Origin: Bellilinea caldifistulae
Lineage (GTDB): Bacteria > Chloroflexota > Anaerolineae > Anaerolineales > Anaerolineaceae
Assembly (NCBI RefSeq): GCF_001306055.1
Contig: NZ_LGHJ01000013.1
Span: 120,001 to 152,000, forward strand
Reading direction: 5' to 3'
Length of the DNA stretch: 32,000 nt
Shown here: in pieces, positions 25,011 through 32,000 of the stretch
How positions within the stretch are numbered: position 1 is the first letter of the stretch
Layout: each line of letters starts with the position of its first letter
The notes under the pieces: generated by a model
Databases searched by the model: none
Seen by the model: the letters and a program-made list of their open reading frames with translations, nothing else
What the model was told of the DNA's origin: nothing
Program-made: the position numbers and the translations under genes

Positions 25011-26135
25011 ATGCCAGAAAACCTTCGTTTTGGTCTCGCCAGAATGCACGTTGAGGCGGGTGAAGTGCGAGACTTTTTACCCTCCTTAATGACCCACATC
25101 GCCAACTGGGGTGGTGAGGTGGTTCTGGAGCATGGCTATGGCTCCGGTATGGGCCTGAGCGAGAAGGATTATCACGATGCCTGTCCCTCTGTGCGCTTTG
25201 CCTCTCACGAAGAAGTCTATCAACAGGATCTCGTGCTGGTGCTGCGCTACCCGGACGAAAACATCCTCAAAACAATGCGCAAAGGCGCCTGCCTGATCTC
25301 CATGATCCACTTTCCGACCCGTCCGCAGCGGATTGAATTCCTCAGGTCGCTGCAAATCGAAGCCATTTCGCTCGACTCGATTAAAGATGACACCGGCCGC
25401 CGTCTGGTAGAAAACCTACGAATGGTGGCGTGGAACGGTGTTGAGGTAGCCTTCCGGGTATTGCGGGAAATCTATCCCGCGCCCGGGTTTGAAAGCCCCC
25501 ATCGTCCTCCCATCCATGTCACCTTGTTGGGAAGCGGGGCGGTGGGTATGCATGTGATGCCAGCTGCCATTCGTTACGGCAATGAGGGACTCTGGCGCAA
25601 AATGGTCGAAAAAGGGGTGCCGGGTGTTCAGGTTACCGCTGTGGATTATGACCTCACCCGCCATTACGCCTTCATGCAAAACCTTTTACGCCAGACCGAC
25701 CTTTTGATTGATGCCACTCAACGTCCAGACCCTTCACGCCCGGTTATTCCGAATGATTGGATCGCTTTCATGGCACCCCACGCCGTCCTGCTCGACCTCT
25801 CGGTTGATCCGTATGAGTGCGAGCAGCCGCCTTTCACCGTCAAAGGGATCGAAGGCATCCCGCATGGCAATCTCGACCAATACGTCTTTCCACCCAACGA
25901 CCCGGCTTATGAGAAAATTCCAGCGTGTATTCCTACCCGCAACCGGCGCTTTGCAGTTTCCTGCTACTCCTGGCCTGGCATTACCCCCCGTAAGTGCATG
26001 GAAATCTACGGTATTCAAATTGCCCCCTTGTTGAGAACCATCCTAAGCGCGGGTGGAGTTCAACAAATCAATCCTCAGGGTACGTATTTTCATCGGGCGC
26101 TCAGCCGCGCAATGCTTTCCCGCTGGGTACATTAA
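25011..26135 (+). CDS. AlaDH/PNT-superfamily NAD(P)-dependent oxidoreductase, paralogue A (substrate unknown)
   Basis: The domain order matches alanine dehydrogenase / carboxyethylornithine synthase / Lys-forming saccharopine DH. It has an N-terminal E-x-R motif (GEVRDF), a conserved His block (SMIHFPTRP), a Rossmann LLGSGAVG, DLSVDPY and CYSWPGI. Confidence 0.6.
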   Translation: MPENLRFGLARMHVEAGEVRDFLPSLMTHIANWGGEVVLEHGYGSGMGLSEKDYHDACPSVRFASHEEVYQQDLVLVLRYPDENILKTMRKGACLISMIHFPTRPQRIEFLRSLQIEAISLDSIKDDTGRRLVENLRMVAWNGVEVAFRVLREIYPAPGFESPHRPPIHVTLLGSGAVGMHVMPAAIRYGNEGLWRKMVEKGVPGVQVTAVDYDLTRHYAFMQNLLRQTDLLIDATQRPDPSRPVIPNDWIAFMAPHAVLLDLSVDPYECEQPPFTVKGIEGIPHGNLDQYVFPPNDPAYEKIPACIPTRNRRFAVSCYSWPGITPRKCMEIYGIQIAPLLRTILSAGGVQQINPQGTYFHRALSRAMLSRWVH

Positions 26136-26167
26136 GTCTGCTTAATATTACAAGGAGGAAAGAAATC

Positions 26168-27298
26168 ATGCCTGTCATCAAAAGTATCGGATTCCCGCGG
26201 ATGAAAAAAGAACCGGGAGAGAAGCGGGTTTTTCTGCCCGAATTCATCCAGTTTCTGGCGAATCACGGCGTCAACATCGTTTTGGAAGATGGTTACGGAT
26301 CGCGATCCGGTTTTACCTTTGATGATTATCAACAGGGCAATCCTCGTATCCGCAGAGCCAGCCGCGAGGAAACCTTTGCACAGGAAATGGTAATTGTCTT
26401 ACGATCGCCCACTTTGGAAGAATTCCAATTATTAAAGCCGGGTGCAATTTTGTTTTCCATGTTGCACTATCCCACCCGCCCCCTACGGGTTCAGGCATTA
26501 CGCGAACTGGGAATTCGCGCCATTTCAATGGACAGTGTCGTGGACGACAACAACATTCGATTGATTGAAAACATGAAGGCGGTTGCCTGGAATGGCCTGG
26601 AAGCAGCCTATGATGTGCTGGAAAAACGTTGGCCGGGGTTAATCAGACCGGATGGTCAACCCATCCGTGCTTTAATTCTTGGGGTTGGCATGGTTGGCAA
26701 GCACGGTGTAGAAGCTGCCACAAAACTGGGCAATATCGAACGTAACAATGATCATATCCGGGCAGGCGGGCCGGGGGTGATTGCTCAGGTTGTCGGCCGC
26801 AACGTGACCTGTCAGGCTCATCTGATGCAATCTCTCTTTCAAATTTCGGATATTCTGGTTGACGCCACTCAGCGCTGGGATACCAGCAAACCGGTTGTGC
26901 CTAATCAATGGATTGCCTGGCTGCCCGACCACGCCGTCATCGCAGACCTGGCGGTTGATCCCTATACCATGAATGTGACGCCGCCGGTGGTAAGGGGAAT
27001 TGAAGGTATCCCAATGGGTAATTTAGACCAGTATATTTTCCATCCAGATGATCCAAACTGGACAAAAACCATCCCTGAAGGAATTCCAACCACCCACCGC
27101 CGGACGACGGTAACCTGCTACTCCTGGCCGGGCATTCATCCGGAAGCCTGTATGCGCCATTATGCTCAACAAATCCAGCCACTCATGGAAGTGCTGCTCG
27201 AAAAAGGCTATGAAAACCTCTCCCTGAAAGGCTCGTACTTTGAACGGGCGCTCTACCGGGCTACGTTACATGGCTGGTTGGCAATGAAAGGCGAGTAA
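26168..27298 (+). CDS. AlaDH/PNT-superfamily NAD(P)-dependent oxidoreductase, paralogue B (substrate unknown)
   Basis: AAGGAGGAAAG lies upstream of the ATG at 26168. IGFPRMKKEPGEKRVFL resembles the AlaDH N-terminus (IGVPKE..ENRVAL). SMLHYPTRP, ILGVGMVG, DLAVDPY and CYSWPGI are present. It aligns with paralogue A over its full length. Confidence 0.65.
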   Translation: MPVIKSIGFPRMKKEPGEKRVFLPEFIQFLANHGVNIVLEDGYGSRSGFTFDDYQQGNPRIRRASREETFAQEMVIVLRSPTLEEFQLLKPGAILFSMLHYPTRPLRVQALRELGIRAISMDSVVDDNNIRLIENMKAVAWNGLEAAYDVLEKRWPGLIRPDGQPIRALILGVGMVGKHGVEAATKLGNIERNNDHIRAGGPGVIAQVVGRNVTCQAHLMQSLFQISDILVDATQRWDTSKPVVPNQWIAWLPDHAVIADLAVDPYTMNVTPPVVRGIEGIPMGNLDQYIFHPDDPNWTKTIPEGIPTTHRRTTVTCYSWPGIHPEACMRHYAQQIQPLMEVLLEKGYENLSLKGSYFERALYRATLHGWLAMKGE

Positions 27299-27349
27299 AT
27301 CATCGCCTTTGCCGGGTGGTATTCCAATTAACCAAAATTAGAACTTAAG

Positions 27350-27358
27350 TGCTAAAAT
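27350..27358 (+). promoter_or_regulatory. candidate extended -10 (TGcTAAAAT) upstream of the fpg/nei-like gene
   Basis: TGCTAAAAT lies 35 nt upstream of the ATG at 27393 in an AT-rich 94-nt gap. Confidence 0.35.
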
Positions 27359-27392
27359 AAGTAATCTCTAATCCCAACCGGAGTACTGCCCC

Positions 27393-28202
27393 ATGCCTGA
27401 ATTACCCGAAATTGCCTCGCGCGCCCGGCAGATGAACACCGAGCTTCACGGTAAAGTAATCAGCAGCGTCGAAGTTATCCAACCCAAATGCCTGAATCTG
27501 CCCATTGAGGAGTTTCAATCCGCATTGTGCGGTTGTTTCATCCGAGAAGTCACCTATCACGGCAAATGGTTATTCGTGCATCTCCATCAGGGCTGGCTGC
27601 TCTTGAATCTGGGCATGGGCGGCGAGATCCTCCTGGTGACCCGTTCTTCTCTGCCCGAAAAATACCGCCTTATTCTGGATTTCCCGGATGGTAGTTGTCT
27701 CTCGATCAACTTCTGGTGGTTTGGCTACGCCCATTATGTTCCCGAAAATGGTTTGGAACATCATCCAATGATCCGAAAATTGGGTCCGAATGCCCTCGAT
27801 CTGAATGCAAGTGACTTAAAGAGATTACTCCACGGACGAACTGGCCAGTTAAAGTCCTTTTTGCTGGATCAAAGCCGGATCGCCGGTATTGGTAATGCCT
27901 ATATTCACGATATTCTTTTTCTCGCTCAATTGCATCCACTGCGCTCCATCAAGTCGCTAACCGATTACGAAATTGAAAAGCTGTCCAACGCCATTCAAAC
28001 CGGGCTGCGCACCAGCCTTGAAAAAAATGGTGCGTTCTACGAAGTGGATTTGCATGGTTGGAGCGGCTCTTTTACAATGGACGATATCTTGATCGGTTAC
28101 AAGGAGGGTAAACCCTGCCCTCAATGCCAGACACCGATTCAGAAGATCAGGACCGGCAGCACCAGCAGTTTTATCTGCCCGGTTTGTCAGCCCCTGTTTT
28201 GA
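27393..28202 (+). CDS. Fpg/Nei family DNA glycosylase / AP lyase
   Basis: An N-terminal MPELPEI with the catalytic Pro2/Glu3 context, an H2TH segment (DQSRIAGIGNAYIHDILF), and a C-terminal CPQC...CPVC zinc finger. Confidence 0.85.
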   Translation: MPELPEIASRARQMNTELHGKVISSVEVIQPKCLNLPIEEFQSALCGCFIREVTYHGKWLFVHLHQGWLLLNLGMGGEILLVTRSSLPEKYRLILDFPDGSCLSINFWWFGYAHYVPENGLEHHPMIRKLGPNALDLNASDLKRLLHGRTGQLKSFLLDQSRIAGIGNAYIHDILFLAQLHPLRSIKSLTDYEIEKLSNAIQTGLRTSLEKNGAFYEVDLHGWSGSFTMDDILIGYKEGKPCPQCQTPIQKIRTGSTSSFICPVCQPLF

Positions 28203-28262
28203 TACCTTCCATTAGCAGAATTTCCCACCCGTTTGGTCAGGTTTTGATGACCGATGGACTGA

Positions 28263-28290
28263 TTGCAAATTCACCGGCATGCGTTATACT
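28263..28290 (+). promoter_or_regulatory. candidate sigma70 promoter (TTGCAA-16 nt-TATACT) for the ABC exporter pair
   Basis: TTGCAA at 28263-28268 and TATACT at 28285-28290, about 60 nt upstream of the exporter start. Confidence 0.45.
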
Positions 28291-28352
28291 GGACGAACTC
28301 ACATTTTTCCATGTGATTGTTTTTTGTTAAACCTCACCGGAGGCAGGATAAA

Positions 28353-30167
28353 TTGACAGTATCCGAAGCAGTTTTGAATTATGACCTGAAGCGCGCTGTC
28401 CACACCAATCGTCTGAAGGGTCTTTGGCGATTGATGCGCGGCTTCCGCAAACTCTACATCGCAGCAACTCTGAGTCTGGGAATCTCGGCGGTTGCCAAAA
28501 CGCTCACCTACCTGTTGCTGCGTTATTTTGTTGATGACTATCTGGTTGCCGGAAGCGCAGCCCTGACCCTGCCGGCGATTGCCCTGGGCTTTATTTTGCT
28601 GGCCGGCCTGGAGGGTGGTTTTTCATTTCTCAGCGGAAAACTGGCTGCCCAAACCGCCGAGGGTATCACCCGCCGCCTGCGCAATTACCTCTTCGACCAC
28701 ATCCAGCGATTGACCTTTACTTACCATTCTCGGATGGAAACGGGAGAGCTGATTCAACGGTCAACCTCCGATGTGGATGCTCTGCGGCGGTTCTTCGCCG
28801 ATCAGGCCATCGGTATTGGGCGGATTATTTTACTCTTCGTGATCAACTTCATCGCCCTGCTTCAACTGAATGTAAAACTGGCTTTGATCTCGGTGATCGT
28901 CGTGCCGGTGATTGTGGGGATTTCCCTGATCTTTTTCCGCAAAATTTCCAAAGCCTACGAGGAGTATCAAACTCAGGATGCGGTGCTTTCGACCACCCTG
29001 CAGGAAAACCTGACGGGTATCCGCGTGGTCAAAGCCTTCGCCCGTCAGGAATACGAGATCGGAAAATTCGAACGGGACAATTGGGAAAAATTCCTGCGCG
29101 GCAAAAAATTGCTCAAAATGCACTCCCTCTTTTGGCCAATTTCCGACACAATTTGCAACCTGCAAATTCTGGTAGGTTATCTGGTTGGCGCGTTGATGGC
29201 CATCAATGGCGAAATCACCGTCGGTACTTTCCTGGCCTATGCTGGACTGATTGTGTGGATCATCTTCCCCATGCGCAACCTGGGACGCCTGATCGTCCAG
29301 ACTTCCACCGGTATGGTTTCATACAATCGGGTCATGGAAATCATCAAGCAGGATCGCGAGTCGTTAGAAACCGGAAAACACCGTCCTAAAAGCGACATTC
29401 TCGGGAAGATCGAATTTGAACAGGTAGGTTTTGCATACGATGACGGCAACGTTGCTCTGGAAGACATCACCTTTAAGTGTGAGCCCGGTCAGGTCGTGGC
29501 TTTATTGGGCTCCACCGGTTCAGGCAAAACCACCCTGGTTAACTTGCTGCCTCGATTTTACGAATATACCTCAGGCCGGATTTTGCTGGATGACATTGAA
29601 CTCAAGCGCTATCCCCGCCTGTTCTTGCGCCAGCAAATCGGAATTGTCGAACAAGAGCCTTTTCTCTTCTCGCGTACCATTCGCGAAAATATCACCTATG
29701 GGGTCGGCAGGGAAGTGCCGCAATCTGAAGTGGAAGCCGCCGCCAAAGCTGCTGCCATTCACGATATTATCCTCACCTTTGAAAAGGGTTACAACACCCT
29801 TGTCGGTGAAAAAGGGGTTACCCTCTCTGGCGGTCAAAAGCAACGGGTGGCGATTGCCCGAACCTTGTTGAAAAATCCACGAATTTTGATTCTGGATGAC
29901 TCCACCTCGGCGGTGGATACCGAAACCGAGGCCGAGATTCGCGAAGCTTTACAAAACTTGATGAAGGGACGAACCACCTTCATCATAGCGCATCGCATTC
30001 AAAGCATCATGGATGCCGACTTGATTCTTGTATTGGACAAGGGCCGCATCGTCCAGCGCGGACGACATGCCGACCTGGTACGACAGGACGGTATTTACCG
30101 CCAGATTTACGAAATTCAGACCCGTATTGATGACGAACTGGAAAAGGAGATCGCCAGTGTCAGTTGA
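28353..30167 (+). CDS. heterodimeric ABC exporter subunit A (TMD-NBD half transporter, degenerate-site Walker B)
   Basis: 6 TM segments plus an NBD: Walker A GSTGSGKTT, signature LSGGQKQRVAIAR, Walker B ILILDD followed by Asp instead of the catalytic Glu. The start is taken as the TTG at 28353, 9 nt after GGAGG, and is uncertain. Confidence 0.85.
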   Translation: MTVSEAVLNYDLKRAVHTNRLKGLWRLMRGFRKLYIAATLSLGISAVAKTLTYLLLRYFVDDYLVAGSAALTLPAIALGFILLAGLEGGFSFLSGKLAAQTAEGITRRLRNYLFDHIQRLTFTYHSRMETGELIQRSTSDVDALRRFFADQAIGIGRIILLFVINFIALLQLNVKLALISVIVVPVIVGISLIFFRKISKAYEEYQTQDAVLSTTLQENLTGIRVVKAFARQEYEIGKFERDNWEKFLRGKKLLKMHSLFWPISDTICNLQILVGYLVGALMAINGEITVGTFLAYAGLIVWIIFPMRNLGRLIVQTSTGMVSYNRVMEIIKQDRESLETGKHRPKSDILGKIEFEQVGFAYDDGNVALEDITFKCEPGQVVALLGSTGSGKTTLVNLLPRFYEYTSGRILLDDIELKRYPRLFLRQQIGIVEQEPFLFSRTIRENITYGVGREVPQSEVEAAAKAAAIHDIILTFEKGYNTLVGEKGVTLSGGQKQRVAIARTLLKNPRILILDDSTSAVDTETEAEIREALQNLMKGRTTFIIAHRIQSIMDADLILVLDKGRIVQRGRHADLVRQDGIYRQIYEIQTRIDDELEKEIASVS

Positions 30168-31986
30168 ATACTTTGAAGAAGAAGAATTTAAGACCCAATT
30201 CAACGGTCAAACTTTACGGCGCATTCTTGCGTTGACCCGTCCACACTGGCGCTGGGTGGTCGGCTTTCTGGTCACAATTGCGCTGGTGAGCTCGTTGGAT
30301 TCAATTTTCACGTACCTCAGCAAACTGATTATTGACAACGGTATTCTCGCTCAAAACCGCAGTGAATTGTACCGCTTGTTAATTATCTACGGTTCGCTGG
30401 GTTTCGTTCAGGCAAGCGGTGTGTTTGGTTTTATCTACCTTGCCGGCGTATTGGGTGAGCGGGTTCGCTACGATCTGCGCCAGAAGATGTTCAACCACCT
30501 GCAGGGACTTTCGCTTTCCTACTTCAGTCGCACGCCGGTTGGCTGGATCATGTCACGCGTCACTTCGGACAGCGAAAGAGTTGCCGATCTGGTCACGTGG
30601 GGATTACTGGATGTAACCTGGGGGATGATGAATATCATCACCGCCATGGGTTTCATGCTGTTCATCAATTGGAAACTGGCGCTGATCGTTTTGGGAATTC
30701 TGCCAATATTATTTTACGTTGCCTATGAGTTTCGCAAACGGATTTTGGGAGAATTCCGCAACGTGCGCAAAGTCAACTCAAAAATCACTGGGGCGTTCAA
30801 CGAAAATATCACCGGCGTCCGGGTGGTTAAAGCCCTTTGCCGCGAGGATGCCAATCTGGAGGAATTTAAAGCGCTTACGGCGGATATGTACCGTTCTTCC
30901 TACCGTGCAGCATGGCTCAGTGCGCTCTTCCTTCCCAGCGTTCAGCTGGTTTCAGCCATTGCGTTGGCTGCAATTGTCTGGTATGGCGGCTGGCAGGTGC
31001 AGGTTGGCGGCATGACCGTAGGCGGTATTCAGGCATTCGTTTCTTACGTCACCTTCATGATGTGGCCAATTCAGGATTTGGCGCGGGTATTTGCCGAGAT
31101 GCAGCATGCAATTGCCTCCGGCGAACGCATCTTCTCCATGATTGATGCCGTGCCGGATGTCAAAGATTTACCGGGGGCTTACGACCCCGGCACCATTCAG
31201 GGCGATATCGAGTTTGACAACGTCACGTTCTACTACGATGAAGGTGACAAAAAGCCTGTTTTGGAAAACTTCTCGCTGCATGTCAAACGTGGCGAAACCA
31301 TTGCGCTGGTCGGCGAAACTGGCGGGGGAAAGACCACCATTGTCAACCTGATCTGCCGTTTTTACGAACCTAAATCGGGTAGTATTCGGATTGGTGGGAA
31401 AGATTACCGCGAATATTCTTTACACGCCATTCAATCCCGCATTGGCATGGTGCTGCAAACCCCGCATCTCTTTTCCGGTACCATTCGCGAGAATATCCGT
31501 TATGGCCGGCTGGACGCCACCGATGAAGAAATTGTGGAAGCGGCTAAACTGGCTGGCGCTCACGATTTCATCATCAAGTTGAAAAAAGGTTATGATGAAG
31601 AGGTAGGCGAGGGCGGTAATCTCCTCTCGGTCGGCCAAAAGCAGTTGATCAGCCTGGCGCGGGCCGTCCTGGCCAAACCAGAGGTGTTCATCATGGACGA
31701 AGCCACCAGCTCGGTGGACACCCTCACCGAAGCCCTGATTCAACGCGGCATGGAGATGATGATGAAAGGGCGGACCAGCTTCGTCATTGCCCACCGTCTT
31801 TCCACCATCAAACGCGCTGACCGCATTCTGGTCATTGAGCAGGGAAAAATCGCCGAGATGGGCTCTCATGCTGAATTACTCCGCAAGCGCGGAAAGTACT
31901 ACTCACTCTACACCAAGCAGTTCCGTCATCAAATGGAGCAGGATCTCGATCCCTTCTCTCAACCGGAACAACTGGCAGCGGCCTGA
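30157..31986 (+). CDS. heterodimeric ABC exporter subunit B (TMD-NBD half transporter, consensus Walker B, degenerate signature)
   Basis: The GTG at 30157 lies 7 nt after AAGGAG and overlaps the subunit A stop by 11 nt. Walker A GETGGGKTT, Walker B VFIMDEATS (catalytic Glu present), signature LSVGQKQ instead of LSGGQ. Confidence 0.85.
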   Translation: MSVEYFEEEEFKTQFNGQTLRRILALTRPHWRWVVGFLVTIALVSSLDSIFTYLSKLIIDNGILAQNRSELYRLLIIYGSLGFVQASGVFGFIYLAGVLGERVRYDLRQKMFNHLQGLSLSYFSRTPVGWIMSRVTSDSERVADLVTWGLLDVTWGMMNIITAMGFMLFINWKLALIVLGILPILFYVAYEFRKRILGEFRNVRKVNSKITGAFNENITGVRVVKALCREDANLEEFKALTADMYRSSYRAAWLSALFLPSVQLVSAIALAAIVWYGGWQVQVGGMTVGGIQAFVSYVTFMMWPIQDLARVFAEMQHAIASGERIFSMIDAVPDVKDLPGAYDPGTIQGDIEFDNVTFYYDEGDKKPVLENFSLHVKRGETIALVGETGGGKTTIVNLICRFYEPKSGSIRIGGKDYREYSLHAIQSRIGMVLQTPHLFSGTIRENIRYGRLDATDEEIVEAAKLAGAHDFIIKLKKGYDEEVGEGGNLLSVGQKQLISLARAVLAKPEVFIMDEATSSVDTLTEALIQRGMEMMMKGRTSFVIAHRLSTIKRADRILVIEQGKIAEMGSHAELLRKRGKYYSLYTKQFRHQMEQDLDPFSQPEQLAAA

Positions 31987-32000
31987 TAAACACAATCCCC

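Noticed and set aside
25994-26167. Upstream extension of paralogue B (ORF track start 25994). Similar extensions occur at 30028-30156, 18919-18978, 15270-15329, 23551-23619 and 17341-17382.
   Set aside because: The extensions overlap the preceding gene or lack an RBS. In each case an internal start with a GGAGG-type RBS, an ATGA coupling or a -10 box gives a protein with a normal family N-terminus.
28203-28262. Possible terminator after the fpg/nei-like gene (GGTCA...TGACC)
   Set aside because: It has only 5-7 bp including a G-U pair, and no U-tract. Readthrough into the exporter leader therefore seems more likely.
1-32000. Search for tRNA/rRNA genes, CRISPR arrays, IS elements, integrases, toxin-antitoxin or defence-system genes
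   Set aside because: No intergenic region exceeds about 160 nt, and none shows cloverleaf-capable or regularly spaced repeat structure. No ORF has transposase, integrase, nuclease, NTPase or defence-like motifs. The window looks like core chromosome.

Overview
This window looks like gene-dense core chromosome, about 90% coding, with moderate GC. By gene content and protein style it is possibly Chloroflexota/Anaerolineae-like, but that is inference only.

I found no rRNA, tRNA, CRISPR array, transposase, integrase or phage genes. No intergenic gap exceeds about 160 nt.

Genes I can support:
- Minus-strand methylmalonyl-CoA mutase and epimerase pair
- CPA2 cation/H+ antiporter followed by a small PII-fold protein
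- rplI, a RodZ-like protein with two HTH modules, and rimO
- GT-C-type membrane glycosyltransferase
- Minus-strand envelope/metal block: ZIP transporter, murJ, a TPR membrane protein and a CopD-like protein
- rsmI-like methylase and a PflX-type radical SAM protein
- ytxG/ytxH-like stress pair and nnr
- Membrane-fused spermidine-synthase-like protein translationally coupled to a DUF1461/Lit-like protein
- PotABCD-type ABC importer operon
- Stand-alone MsiK/MalK-type ATPase with its own promoter and terminator
- Two tandem paralogous AlaDH/PNT-superfamily oxidoreductases
- Fpg/Nei glycosylase
- Heterodimeric ABC exporter pair with one degenerate ATP site

No obvious novel defence or mobile system is present. 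The most interesting leads are:
- the antiporter plus PII-like pair
- the tandem AlaDH/PNT paralogues next to polyamine-type genes
- a recurring TATAAT-N6/7-ATG leaderless-promoter architecture at five genes
- a 13-bp perfect GC-rich hairpin just after the binding-protein gene
- a uORF and weak attenuator-like leader ahead of the exporter pair

All functional calls rest on motif recognition by eye. No database search was run.
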